From NCBI GenBank assembly GCA_963700155.1, contig OY969472.1, positions 2,058 to 66,057 on the forward strand: DNA of 64,000 nt. Reading direction: 5' to 3'. The notes beneath the pieces are model-generated. The model was not told the origin of the DNA. It worked only from the letters and a program-made list of their open reading frames with translations, and ran no database searches. This DNA is from an uncultured bacterium. Its GTDB lineage: Bacteria > Patescibacteriota > Dojkabacteria > J137. Positions 1 to 9,944 of the stretch are shown piece by piece. Numbering within the stretch: the stretch's first letter is position 1; every line of letters begins with the position of its first letter. A program made the translations under genes and the position numbers.

Positions 1-51
1 AAAAGTTAATCTATTTTATAAATATACTTGAAATCAAATGCTATGTAAAAC

Positions 52-597
52 TTAATTATTCTTCAATTTTGAAGCGAATTCTTTTCTGAATTTCTTTACT
101 TTTGGATCAATTACTAACATACAATAAGGCTTTCTCCTATTGTTTTCATAATAGTTTTGATGATAATCTTCGGCTTTATAAAAACTTTTGAAAGGAGTAA
201 TTTCTGTTACAATTGGATTTTTATATAAATGTAAGTTCTCAATTTCTTTTTGTACTTCTTCTGCGATTTTTTTCTGTTCATCATTATGGAAAAAAATCGC
301 AGACCGATACTGTGGACCTACATCAGCACCTTGTCTGTTTAAAGTCGTAGGATCATGAACTCGAAAGAAAATATCAACTAACTCCTTATAACTTATAACT
401 TTAGGGTTAAATTTTATATGAATAGTTTCTGCAAATCCAGTATCTCCTCCCGATACTTCTTCATATGAAGGGTTTTCTTTATCTCCTCCTGAATAACCAG
501 ATGTTACAGATTCAACCCCTTTTATGTCTTTAAAAATTGCTTCAACACACCAAAAACACCCACCTGCAAAAGTAGCCTACTTCTAAATTTTTATCAT
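52..597 (-). CDS. msrA: peptide methionine sulfoxide reductase MsrA. The 5' end is interrupted by two in-frame TAG codons, so it may be a pseudogene.
   Basis: Reverse-strand translation gives [21 protein letters not shown]...[10 protein letters not shown]...YHQNYY, which is the canonical MsrA core with the GCFWC active site. It ends at a TAA at 52-54. The only upstream ATG (595-597) reads M-I-K-I-TAG-K-TAG and then ATFAGG. This gene is absent from the provided ORF track because it has no usable start codon. Confidence 0.6.
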
Positions 598-611
598 CCA
601 TAATTTTTAAT

Positions 612-893
612 TTAAAACTTAGTTAAGGTTGTAAAAACTGGTTCAATTTCACACAAAGGATATAGTTTAGATGTAAATATATTAATATACTCTGTATTTT
701 GATGATATTCTTCTGCATCTGGAGTATCAAAAACTATAAAATGAAAAAAGCTTTGTCCATCTTCTTTAATATAAGTGTCATAGCTCAAAGTCCTAGATTC
801 ACTTCCAACAAGCACAACAAATTCTTTTATAATTTTTTTGGCTTCTTCAACTTTATCCTTTTTAACTTTAAATTCAACAACTTTATAAATCAT
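612..893 (-). CDS. small ABM/Dabb-like protein with a ferredoxin-like fold (tentative)
   Basis: 93-aa ORF with a size and hydrophobic pattern compatible with an antibiotic-biosynthesis-monooxygenase-like domain. The match is weak. Confidence 0.3.
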   Translation of the reverse strand: MIYKVVEFKVKKDKVEEAKKIIKEFVVLVGSESRTLSYDTYIKEDGQSFFHFIVFDTPDAEEYHQNTEYINIFTSKLYPLCEIEPVFTTLTKF

Positions 894-1001
894 ATTTCAA
901 AGATAAAATCTTAATACAATACATAATATCATATACTTAATCTAGAAATATCTGATGAAAGAATGTATCCTATTTAATATCAATAGTATTAACAAAATAA
1001 A

Positions 1002-2789
1002 ATGAATTCAGAAACTTTAAGATTTTTTAGGATCCCACTTTTTGTTCTATTCACAATAATAATATACCTAATATCATTAGCTTTTATACATATTGATAAT
1101 AATGTTGAAATATTAATATTGCTCAATGGAATTTCACTTGGAAGTCTTCAGTTAATTGAAGATACAATCGACTCTATTTTAAAAAAAGATTTAGCATTAG
1201 ATTATATAGCAATTCTTGCAATTATAACTGGATTATTAACTCAGCAGTTTCTCGTTTCTGCGGTTATCGTTTTAATGCTTAGTGGTGGACAATCTCTTGA
1301 GAAATATGCAATGAATAAAGCTAAGAAGTCATTGACCAAACTCTCAAATAGAATTCCTAACGAAGTAAATATATGGAATGGCAATAAAATCAAAGAAAAA
1401 ATTAAAATTGAAAAAGTAGCTATCAATGATTTTATTGCCATTAGAAAAGGTGAAGTCATTCCTCTTGATGGTGAACTTATCAGCATTAAAGCTCAAATAG
1501 ATGAATCTTCACTAACTGGAGAACCTTATACTCAAGAAAAAGTTAAGGGCTCGATTATACGAAGTGGAACTGTAAACGATGGAGATCTAATAGTGTTAAA
1601 AGTTACAAAAGGAGATAAAGATTCATCTTATAAAAAAATTATTGAGTTGGTTAAAAAAGCTCAAAATGAAAAAAGTCCATTTATAAGATTAGCTGATCAA
1701 TATAGTGGTTATTTTACTATAATAACTTTATTACTCGCTGGATTTACTTACTTAATTTCACAAGATCCACTTAGAATTCTAGCTGTTTTAGTAATAGCTA
1801 CCCCTTGTCCTTTAATTTTGGCTACTCCTATTGCACTAATTGGAGGTGTCAATTCAGCAGCTCGTGAAAAGATAATAATAAAAGAAATACAAAGTTTGGA
1901 AATTCTTGCTCGAGTAAATACAATAATATTTGATAAAACCGGAACATTAACATTAGGAAAACCAGTTTTAAGCAAAATAAAAATATTCGACAATTCTTAT
2001 ACTGAAGAGCAGGTACTTCAAATATCTGCTTCTATTGAGATGAGTTCTTTGCATCCATTTGCAAAAGCTATAGTTAGAAAAGCTAAAGACTTAAATTTAA
2101 AATTAGCTTCGATCGATAATGTTAAAGAGAATGCCGGGATCGGAATAAGTGGTAATTATAATAATAAAATATATACCATCTCTAAGTCTAAAGAAAATGA
2201 TTCAACTATTTCACTTTACTCAGAGGATAAAAAGATCTGTAATTTTGATTTTGAAGATAAAATCAAACCGGGTACAATTAAAATTCTTGAACAATTACTA
2301 AGTATGGGATTAGAGCTTCACATGTTTACAGGAGATAAGCAAGAACGTGCTGAGAAAATTATTAATGACTTAAAAGTTCCTATAACATTAAAGTCGGAAT
2401 GTACTCCTGAAGAAAAAAATAAAGGAATAGAAGAACTAAAACGAAATGGAAAAGTAACTGCAATGATTGGAGATGGTATCAATGATGCACCAGCTTTAGC
2501 TTTAGCAGATGTTGGGTTAGTTTTTAGTAATGAAGAACAAACAGCTGCTTCTGAAGCTGCTGATGTAGTTTTCTTAACTTCGAATATTGATTCAGTTTAT
2601 GATTCAATTAAAATTTCAAAAAGAACTATTCATATTGCCAAACAGAGCATATTATCAGGAATAAGTTTAAGTATCATTGGAATGTTATTCGCAAGTTTTG
2701 GTTTTATAATTCCGGTAATTGGAGCTGTACTTCAAGAATTAATTGATGTATCTGTTATATTTAACGCTTTAAGAGCAAGTAGAAAATAA
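1002..2789 (+). CDS. P1B-type heavy-metal-translocating P-type ATPase, lacking an N-terminal metal-binding domain
   Basis: CPC metal-translocation motif (IATPCPLILATP), DKTGTLT phosphorylation motif, GDGINDAPAL hinge motif, and multiple TM helices. Confidence 0.85.
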   Translation: MNSETLRFFRIPLFVLFTIIIYLISLAFIHIDNNVEILILLNGISLGSLQLIEDTIDSILKKDLALDYIAILAIITGLLTQQFLVSAVIVLMLSGGQSLEKYAMNKAKKSLTKLSNRIPNEVNIWNGNKIKEKIKIEKVAINDFIAIRKGEVIPLDGELISIKAQIDESSLTGEPYTQEKVKGSIIRSGTVNDGDLIVLKVTKGDKDSSYKKIIELVKKAQNEKSPFIRLADQYSGYFTIITLLLAGFTYLISQDPLRILAVLVIATPCPLILATPIALIGGVNSAAREKIIIKEIQSLEILARVNTIIFDKTGTLTLGKPVLSKIKIFDNSYTEEQVLQISASIEMSSLHPFAKAIVRKAKDLNLKLASIDNVKENAGIGISGNYNNKIYTISKSKENDSTISLYSEDKKICNFDFEDKIKPGTIKILEQLLSMGLELHMFTGDKQERAEKIINDLKVPITLKSECTPEEKNKGIEELKRNGKVTAMIGDGINDAPALALADVGLVFSNEEQTAASEAADVVFLTSNIDSVYDSIKISKRTIHIAKQSILSGISLSIIGMLFASFGFIIPVIGAVLQELIDVSVIFNALRASRK

Positions 2790-3209
2790 TTATTTTCCAG
2801 TTTCTTCTCTTTTAAACCTTAAGAAATATCTTAACACTATAAATAAAGTTAAAGCTAATATAAGGAAATTCAGCAAATTGCTCAGAAATAATCCATATCT
2901 TATCACGGGAGCTCCTGCAGCATCTGCAGCTGCTAAATTAACATAAGATTGATTTGAAAGATTTATGTATAGTTCCTTAAATGCTGAATTTCCTAAAAGT
3001 TTACCTATAGGTGGCATAATTATGTCATTAGCAAACGATTGGACAATAGAATTGAATGCAGTTCCAATTACAACACCAACAGCTAAATCTATTACATTAC
3101 CTTTGAAGGCGAAAGATTTAAAATCAGTAACAAAACCTTTCGCTTCAGATTTAACTCTAGCTCTTCGAGACTTAGGTTTTTCAAAATTATTATCTACATT
3201 TTCTGACAT
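2790..3209 (-). CDS. mscL: large-conductance mechanosensitive channel MscL
   Basis: KSFAFKGNVIDLAVGVVIGTAFNSIV...DIIMPPIG matches the MscL signature. The 139-aa length fits. Confidence 0.9.
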   Translation of the reverse strand: MSENVDNNFEKPKSRRARVKSEAKGFVTDFKSFAFKGNVIDLAVGVVIGTAFNSIVQSFANDIIMPPIGKLLGNSAFKELYINLSNQSYVNLAAADAAGAPVIRYGLFLSNLLNFLILALTLFIVLRYFLRFKREETGK

Positions 3210-3304
3210 ATTTATGAAATTAAAATATTAAACAGTTACTATAAGTATAAATGCTTAAATCAATTTCGTAAAATGATATTATATTAATTATTTTTTAAAT
3301 AAAA

Positions 3305-3661
3305 ATGATGGAAAATAAAGAAAATAACCAAAATGAATCGAAAGAAGTTACCATACAATCATTAGATCAAAGATTATCAAATATTGAGGAGATGACACAA
3401 AAATTAGTTTTAATCGATAAATATTATCAGTTACAGACAGCATGGGAGAAAAGTGCAATGCGGACAATTTTGATTGCAATTACAACTTATATTTTATCGG
3501 CAATTTTTCTTTATATATTAAATTTTCAATACTTTTATATTAACGCAGTACTCCCTACTGTTGGATTTATGTTAACCACTTTATCAATTCCTTTCATAAA
3601 AAGAATTTGGATAAAATATTATCTGAAAGAAAAGGATTCAATTAAAGAAGTTCTTAGTTAA
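3305..3661 (+). CDS. hypothetical small membrane protein
   Basis: 118-aa ORF with a charged N-terminal part and two hydrophobic helices. Confidence 0.4.
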   Translation: MMENKENNQNESKEVTIQSLDQRLSNIEEMTQKLVLIDKYYQLQTAWEKSAMRTILIAITTYILSAIFLYILNFQYFYINAVLPTVGFMLTTLSIPFIKRIWIKYYLKEKDSIKEVLS

Positions 3662-3727
3662 TTAATATATTGCAGTTAATATATTTATGCGGTAATATTA
3701 TCTGAATATATTGAACAGTAAACGAAT

Positions 3728-4474
3728 ATGCTCGAAGTAAAAAATTTAACAAAACTATTTAAAAAAATAGATCAGAAAACAAAAGAGAAAAGTTATGTTG
3801 GTATAAGAGATGTATCTTTTAATGCAGATGAGGGTAGAATCTTCGGTTTAATAGGTGCAAACGGTGCTGGAAAAACCACAACAATGAGAATTATTGCAAA
3901 TCTAACTTATCCTCATTCAGGTGAAATTTTACTTGATGGTAAAAATTATAAAGATATTCATAATCTTAAAATGTTAGTAAGTTTTGTATCTGGTGAGACA
4001 CAAATATTTGATAGATTAACAGGTTACGAAATTTTAAGTCTTTTTGGAGAATTTGCTGGTATAACAGGGAAAGCTCTTGAAGATAAAATTCAATTTCTTG
4101 TAAAGAAACTTGATATGGGAGATTTTATTAATAACCTTTGCTCAGGTTATTCTTCAGGAATGAGACAAAAGGTATCTATTGCAAGAGCTTTAATAACTGA
4201 CCCAAAAGTTCTTGTTTTTGATGAAGTGACAAACGGATTAGATATCTTTGCGGCAAAAGCAGTTAAAGATGAAATAAAGAATATGAAGGCTGAAGGGAAA
4301 ATAATCTTATATAGTACTCATATTATGTCAGATGCTGAAGAATTATGCGATGATATTGGAATTCTTCATAAAGGCAAGATACTTGAAACAGGAAGTGTAA
4401 AAGATCTTAAGAAAAAGTATAAAGTTGATACTATTGAAGATATATTTTTTAATCTTGTAGAAGAACAAATATAA
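3728..4474 (+). CDS. ABC transporter ATP-binding protein
   Basis: Walker A motif GANGAGKTT, ABC signature YSSGMRQKVSIARAL, and Walker B motif VLVFDE. Confidence 0.85.
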   Translation: MLEVKNLTKLFKKIDQKTKEKSYVGIRDVSFNADEGRIFGLIGANGAGKTTTMRIIANLTYPHSGEILLDGKNYKDIHNLKMLVSFVSGETQIFDRLTGYEILSLFGEFAGITGKALEDKIQFLVKKLDMGDFINNLCSGYSSGMRQKVSIARALITDPKVLVFDEVTNGLDIFAAKAVKDEIKNMKAEGKIILYSTHIMSDAEELCDDIGILHKGKILETGSVKDLKKKYKVDTIEDIFFNLVEEQI

Positions 4475-4477
4475 TTT

Positions 4478-5677
4478 ATGAGAGAGAAATTTTATAAACT
4501 TTTCAAAAAAGAAATTTTAACAATTTTACGAGATAGAAAATCTTTCTTAACATTCATCGTAATGTCAGTTGTGTTAACACCACTTCTTATTGGTGGTGTT
4601 GGATTAATTCAAGAACTTGAAACTAAATCTTTGGAGGGACAACAAACTATTATAGCTGTTGAAAATTCGAATATAGACTCTGGTTTAAATGATTTTTTGA
4701 AAAATAGTGATACCATAAAAGTTGTAAATTCTTCTGATTATGAAGGAGATTTGGGAAGTAAAATTATTAGTGGTTATTTAAATTTATCACAAAAAAATAA
4801 TCAGGTCTCAGCAGAATATGTGTATGATCAATCTTCAAATGCATCAACAGCATCAGCTTTAAAAGTTAATACTTTAATTCAGGCTTATTCTGCACTTTTA
4901 AGACAGAATATTTTAAAGTCTCATAATTTAAATGAAAAAGATTTAAATCCAGTTGTGTATTCACAAATTACATTACAAGAAGTGCAGAATAAGCCTGCTC
5001 AAAATGATTTAGTATTATTCTTAATTCCCTATATTATTTTAATTGGCTTAATTCAAGGAGCTTCTCAATTCGCTATTGAATTAACAGCAGGCGAAAAAGA
5101 AAGGAATACTTTAGCTACAACATTAAGTTTGAATGCTTCTAGAACAACAATTGGATTAGCAAAGATTGCTGCAATACTTGTACTTGCATTAGTTTCTTTA
5201 GTTCTTAATGTTGCATCACTTGTTGTGACATTTACATTGCTCTCAAAATCAAATTTAATTTCTGGTGGTACATCTGCAGCCCAAAATGCACTAAGTTTTA
5301 ATATAAATATTACTCCAGAAATGTTTTTACAAATATTCTTGATTTTATTACCGTTATCATTCTTAATTGCTAGCTTGCTTGTTCTTTTAGGAACTTACGC
5401 AAGAAACCAAAAGGAAGGAGGCCTTTATATTTTGCCTTTGATAATGGCAACTGTATTTATTGGTCTTTCAGGTCAGGCTTTTGATGTTAATACACCAGCA
5501 TACGTTTTCTTTATTCCAATACTAAGTCATGTAGTATTGTTGAAACAAGTTCTCTTAGGATACTTTATTCCACTTAATTATCTCATTTCTACTTTGGCTA
5601 CAGTTGCATTATTTGTTGTAGCCCTTCTAATAAGTATTAATATGTTTAAAAGAGAAGAAGTAATATTCAGACAATAA
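4478..5677 (+). CDS. ABC-2 family permease (NatB-like)
   Basis: It starts 4 nt after the ATPase gene. It has an N-terminal TM helix, a large extracytoplasmic loop and C-terminal multi-TM helices, which is typical of ABC-2 permeases. Confidence 0.6.
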   Translation: MREKFYKLFKKEILTILRDRKSFLTFIVMSVVLTPLLIGGVGLIQELETKSLEGQQTIIAVENSNIDSGLNDFLKNSDTIKVVNSSDYEGDLGSKIISGYLNLSQKNNQVSAEYVYDQSSNASTASALKVNTLIQAYSALLRQNILKSHNLNEKDLNPVVYSQITLQEVQNKPAQNDLVLFLIPYIILIGLIQGASQFAIELTAGEKERNTLATTLSLNASRTTIGLAKIAAILVLALVSLVLNVASLVVTFTLLSKSNLISGGTSAAQNALSFNINITPEMFLQIFLILLPLSFLIASLLVLLGTYARNQKEGGLYILPLIMATVFIGLSGQAFDVNTPAYVFFIPILSHVVLLKQVLLGYFIPLNYLISTLATVALFVVALLISINMFKREEVIFRQ

Positions 5678-6238
5678 TTAAGATTCAAAAGTATTACGAT
5701 AGGCAGTATCTCTTAAATTTTTGAAAAATGTCTCCACAACAACAAGAAAGTTAGTTCTATTTTTCAAATAATTTAAATATATGTTGTTGTGAGGCTGAAA
5801 TTTCAAACTAATACCTTTATAAGCCTTAGCAACAGCAACCTGTGCAGGGAAGACTTCAATATATTGATAATTTTCAATTCCATATTGAGCAATTAATGTT
5901 GAAACAAAATTGCAAATGACTTTAAATGTAAAAAATTTAAAAATTGGATAATCAATCATAAACAACTGGTTAGGTTGTTTCGAATCTATGTTTTCAATTA
6001 AAATTTCAAATGACTCAAAATCTATTTTTAGTTTAAATTGTACTTGTTCAAGTTTATATTTTGTTTTACTTTCACCAGTTAGATCTTTATAAGTGAAATT
6101 TAAAGTAACAGTATATTTTATAAAATTTTCACCTGTTTCAGTTTCAAAATTGAGTTTTTTAAGTTCAATACGATATCCTTCCAATACTAGTTGTACAGTA
6201 TTTTTACCTAAAACTTCATTTATATTATCTATATTCAT
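5678..6238 (-). CDS. hypothetical protein, last gene of the LigD-Pol/RarA same-strand cluster
   Basis: 186-aa ORF with no recognisable motif. It is tightly spaced downstream of rarA on the same strand. Confidence 0.4.
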   Translation of the reverse strand: MNIDNINEVLGKNTVQLVLEGYRIELKKLNFETETGENFIKYTVTLNFTYKDLTGESKTKYKLEQVQFKLKIDFESFEILIENIDSKQPNQLFMIDYPIFKFFTFKVICNFVSTLIAQYGIENYQYIEVFPAQVAVAKAYKGISLKFQPHNNIYLNYLKNRTNFLVVVETFFKNLRDTAYRNTFES

Positions 6239-6293
6239 TATATTTTTTTATAAAATTTTTCTGGATTATATTATTACTAGAAGAAATTATCTA

Positions 6294-7502
6294 CTATTTT
6301 AAATACTTTCTATCTTTAAGCTTATCTGGCATATGCTGTTGATCTACTTTTGCATCTTTAAAGTCATGTGCGTATTTGTAGCCTTTACCATAACCTAACT
6401 CTTTCATTAGCTTTGTGGGGGCATTTCTAATTACTAATGGAACTGGAAGAGAACCAAACTCATGAACATCAGACTGAGCAGATGATAAAGCTGAATAAGC
6501 TGAGTTGTCTTTTGGGGCTTTTGCGAGATAAATTGCTAATTGAACCAGAAATATATCACATTCAGGTCTTCCTAATTTTTGACATGCTTCAAAAGTAGAA
6601 TTTGCTATTACTAAAGCATTTGGATCTGCATTCCCAATATCTTCAGAAGCAAATCGCAAAAGCCTTCTTGCAATATAAAGTGGATCATCCCCAGCTTCAA
6701 GCATTCTTATTATCCAATAGACTCCTGCATCTGGATCTGAGTCTCTTAAAGATTTATGTACGGCTGAAATTATATTGTAATGATCTTCACCACGTTTTTC
6801 GTACTGCAAAAAGTTTTCAATTGATTTTTTTAAAATATCTTTAGTAATTATATTTTTATCAGAAATCATTAAAGCACTTTCAAGAATATTGCTGGCTGTT
6901 CTTAAATCTCCATCTGAAGATCTAACTATCACATCCAAGGCTTCATTATTGATTTTTATATTAAGACCTTCGGCTTTAACTTTTTCTATCAAGCGTTTTA
7001 GATAATCTTTAACATCTTCTTCAGAATGCTTATTCAAAGTAAAGACTCGAGTGCGCGACAACAGAGCCGGGATCAAAGAAAACGAAGGATTCTCTGTTGT
7101 CGCGCCAATTAAAGTTATAATACCTTTTTCAACATAGGGTAAAAGTGCATCTTGCTGGGATTTATTCCATCTATGTATCTCATCTAAAAACAAAATAGTT
7201 TTATTTGGAATTAATTCCATATTACCAGCTTGATTTTTAGTCATAGCATTCTTGATTATTGCTTTGAGATTATCTTTCCCAGCCATAACTGCAGAAAGTC
7301 TATAAAAATCTGCGTTTATTTCTTTTGAGATAATATGAGCAAGAGTAGTTTTCCCAGTTCCTGGGGGTCCCCAGAAAATCATGGAAGGAAGATTACCTGT
7401 TTCTATAAATCTTCTTATTGGTTTACCTTTGTCTACAAGGTGTTTCTGACCTATAAAGTCTTCTAATGTTGCAGGTCGGTATTTTGATGCTAATGGCTCC
7501 AT
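6294..7502 (-). CDS. rarA: replication-associated recombination protein A (RarA/MgsA AAA+ ATPase)
   Basis: N-terminal KYRPATLEDFIGQKHLV, Walker A motif GPPGTGKTTLA, Walker B motif LFLDEIHR, and a C-terminal MgsA helical domain. Confidence 0.9.
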   Translation of the reverse strand: MEPLASKYRPATLEDFIGQKHLVDKGKPIRRFIETGNLPSMIFWGPPGTGKTTLAHIISKEINADFYRLSAVMAGKDNLKAIIKNAMTKNQAGNMELIPNKTILFLDEIHRWNKSQQDALLPYVEKGIITLIGATTENPSFSLIPALLSRTRVFTLNKHSEEDVKDYLKRLIEKVKAEGLNIKINNEALDVIVRSSDGDLRTASNILESALMISDKNIITKDILKKSIENFLQYEKRGEDHYNIISAVHKSLRDSDPDAGVYWIIRMLEAGDDPLYIARRLLRFASEDIGNADPNALVIANSTFEACQKLGRPECDIFLVQLAIYLAKAPKDNSAYSALSSAQSDVHEFGSLPVPLVIRNAPTKLMKELGYGKGYKYAHDFKDAKVDQQHMPDKLKDRKYLK

Positions 7503-7538
7503 GTTTTGATTATATACTATGTATACCAGAAGAATATA

Positions 7539-8267
7539 TTATTGGAATGCGTTCAAACTTTTCACTGCCATATCCTCATCTTCATGCTCAAAAACTACAA
7601 CTCCACCTTTATCAGAAAATTCTTTTAATGCAAGTAGTAAAGGATAACACACACCATCAGGATCACCTAAATAAGTCCAGCAATCCTTAAATCTTTTATC
7701 CCATTGTGTCTTATCAGCAGTATGAATAACATCATATCCTGGTCTAAGTCTATTTGTTATAAACCATTCAATAAATTCTATTACTTCTTTTTGCTCTTTT
7801 TCATTCTTTGGATACATAATTCTACAATGATCAAAAATCATTGGAACACCCATAAATCTTGTAAAATTATAAACTTTCATTATTTCATCCCTATCAAACA
7901 CTTCAGTCTTTGCATTTTCAATTGCAACAAGACGACCATTAACGACTGGAACCATGGTAGGTATCATATCGTTTTCGTAGTGTACAAGAGGGATAATTAT
8001 TCTATCAGGTAATTCATTCTCAATCCTTTCAGCAATTTCTATCTCTTTTTGTGTAATAAAACCAAAGTTATGAAAATGAATAACTATTTCCTTAATCTCT
8101 GAATCCCTAATCATTTGAATCATTCTTCCAACATAAGCATCATCATTTTTAAACTCGTTAATAAAAAGCTGAACAGCCGTAAATCCATTCTTGGAAGCAA
8201 CTTCAACAGTGCTCCATAAATCATATCCATTTTTAATTAAAGCAGAAGAAGCTAATGCAGCAGGCAT
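7539..8267 (-). CDS. hypothetical TIM-barrel-like protein, possibly of the xylose-isomerase-like / AP-endonuclease-2 fold (tentative)
   Basis: 242-aa ORF with alternating beta/alpha hydrophobic periodicity and conserved acidic/His positions (VFEHEDED, IFDHC). It lies between LigD-Pol and rarA on the same strand. The fold assignment is inference. Confidence 0.3.
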   Translation of the reverse strand: MPAALASSALIKNGYDLWSTVEVASKNGFTAVQLFINEFKNDDAYVGRMIQMIRDSEIKEIVIHFHNFGFITQKEIEIAERIENELPDRIIIPLVHYENDMIPTMVPVVNGRLVAIENAKTEVFDRDEIMKVYNFTRFMGVPMIFDHCRIMYPKNEKEQKEVIEFIEWFITNRLRPGYDVIHTADKTQWDKRFKDCWTYLGDPDGVCYPLLLALKEFSDKGGVVVFEHEDEDMAVKSLNAFQ

Positions 8268-8307
8268 AAATTTATTTTAAAAAGTATCGATGGATTATAT
8301 CAGATTT

Positions 8308-9129
8308 TTAAAAATCCTTAATTGTGAACTCATTTGGCTTAACCTTCTCAACATCTTTCCAAGAAATTGGCATAGAAATAGAAGCTCCTTCACGAGCTCT
8401 TGTAGAATATGCAGCGATTGCAGTAGCACCACGTTCATTTCTAAGGTAATCAATAAACACTCGCCCTACTCTATCTTCCTTAGGTAGAGAAGTGGTGAAC
8501 TTTATTGGGGAATTTCCAGCTAATTCTTTTGCAATCTCAAAGCTTAAATCCTTAGATTCTTTCCATGTAGTCTTTTTATCCAATTCAGCAATAATATGGA
8601 AACCTTTTCCACCTGAAGTTTTTACTGAATTCTTTAAACCCATGTCGTCCAAAATATCTTTTAATTCATAGGAACCTTCGACAATATACTCATATTTAGA
8701 ACCTTCACCTGGATCCAAATCAAATATTATTCTGGTGGGATGTTCAAAATCAGCAGCTGTTGAGTTACCAACATGAAATTCAAGAACACCAAGATTTACC
8801 AGGTAAATGATATCTTCTATCTGATCGATCGTAATATAGTACCCTACTCCTTCTTTCTCTTTTATTTTTATCTTATCAATATAATCTGGAAAGTTTTCAG
8901 CTGGATGTTTTTGAAAAAATTTCTGTTTATCTATTCCTTCTGGTGCTCTGACTAGGCTCAATATTCTATCATCAAGCACTTCAAGAAATTTCTTCTCAAC
9001 TTTAAGATAGTAATTTATTATATCCAGTTTTGTAATTTTAGATTTTGGATAAAGGATTTTATTCGGATGTGTTACTTTAATTCCCCTAATTTCAATAGAT
9101 TCATTGTTGTCTTTTGTTTTATTTGCCAT
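8308..9129 (-). CDS. stand-alone LigD polymerase/primase domain (NHEJ primase-polymerase, Prim-PolC-like)
   Basis: KVTHPNKILYP, LVRAPEG, FDLDP, KTSGGKGFHI and RVFIDYLRNERGATAIAAYSTRAREGASISMPISW match the LigD Pol-domain motifs. Confidence 0.85.
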   Translation of the reverse strand: MANKTKDNNESIEIRGIKVTHPNKILYPKSKITKLDIINYYLKVEKKFLEVLDDRILSLVRAPEGIDKQKFFQKHPAENFPDYIDKIKIKEKEGVGYYITIDQIEDIIYLVNLGVLEFHVGNSTAADFEHPTRIIFDLDPGEGSKYEYIVEGSYELKDILDDMGLKNSVKTSGGKGFHIIAELDKKTTWKESKDLSFEIAKELAGNSPIKFTTSLPKEDRVGRVFIDYLRNERGATAIAAYSTRAREGASISMPISWKDVEKVKPNEFTIKDF

Positions 9130-9175
9130 AATAAAAATATATCATATTCAAAAACTTAATTCTTAAATAAATTAT

Positions 9176-9457
9176 ATGGATACACCACTTTTAGTTGGGA
9201 GTCTTGGAGGGCTAATTATTTTAATCTTGTTTTTATTAAATCAAGGTAATAAATTGAAGAATGATAATATTTATTATGATTTGTTCAATTTTATTGGAAG
9301 TCTATTATTAATTTTATATGCATTAATGATAAATAGTATTCCTTTTATTATTTTAAATATTGTTTGGGCAGGATATTCTTTAAAAGATGTAATTTCAAAA
9401 TTATTGAAACAAAAAAATATTAAATTAGTAGTGCGTGAAAATAACAATTCTGACTAA
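9176..9457 (+). CDS. hypothetical small membrane protein
   Basis: 93-aa ORF with three hydrophobic helices. Confidence 0.35.
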   Translation: MDTPLLVGSLGGLIILILFLLNQGNKLKNDNIYYDLFNFIGSLLLILYALMINSIPFIILNIVWAGYSLKDVISKLLKQKNIKLVVRENNNSD

Positions 9458-9464
9458 TAATAGT

Positions 9465-9887
9465 TTATTGTTCTATACTAATATCAGTCGGTTTACCATA
9501 ATTTATGTCATTTTGTCCTAAATTTTTGTATTTGCAAAAGATTCTGATATGTTCACTTGGATTGAGTCTTAATCTTTCTAGAAAAGAACTGTATCTAAGA
9601 GATTCTAATCCAGACAAAGAATAAACATGCAGAAGCGAGTCATCAAAAGCAATAAGTGCTAATTCTAAATTTTCTTGTGATTTTAGTTCCATCAAATCTT
9701 TAAGAAGTATCAATTTTAAGCTGTAAGTTTCAACTTCTTTAAACCCATGTAATTCTAAAAATTTCTTTATAGCTTTTCGATTATGAGAAATTCCATCAGG
9801 TATTATTACCGAATTATGAAGCGTATTTAAAGGAATTGGAGGAAAATCTTTAGGTCTTGAAAATAAATTTGTTAACAAATTCATCAC
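9465..9887 (-). CDS. hypothetical protein
   Basis: 140-aa ORF with no recognisable motif. Confidence 0.35.
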   Translation of the reverse strand: MMNLLTNLFSRPKDFPPIPLNTLHNSVIIPDGISHNRKAIKKFLELHGFKEVETYSLKLILLKDLMELKSQENLELALIAFDDSLLHVYSLSGLESLRYSSFLERLRLNPSEHIRIFCKYKNLGQNDINYGKPTDISIEQ

Positions 9888-9944
9888 TAATTGGAAACAA
9901 TTTATTTTTTATAATAACATAATTATTTTCCAAGAAAAAATTAT

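Noticed and set aside
699-1993. Small ORFs at 699-914 (+), 1241-1486 (-) and 1748-1993 (-)
   Set aside because: They overlap, or lie antisense to, well-supported genes (the ABM-like gene and the P-type ATPase). Their low-complexity hydrophobic translations are typical of AT-rich antisense frames.
2965-3231. 88-aa plus-strand ORF antisense to mscL
   Set aside because: It lies entirely within the strongly supported mscL coding region on the opposite strand.
7539-9129. Ku or an ATP-dependent ligase domain next to the LigD polymerase domain
   Set aside because: Neither flanking ORF has a Ku beta-barrel signature or the ligase KxDG adenylation motif. The neighbour is a TIM-barrel-like protein instead.
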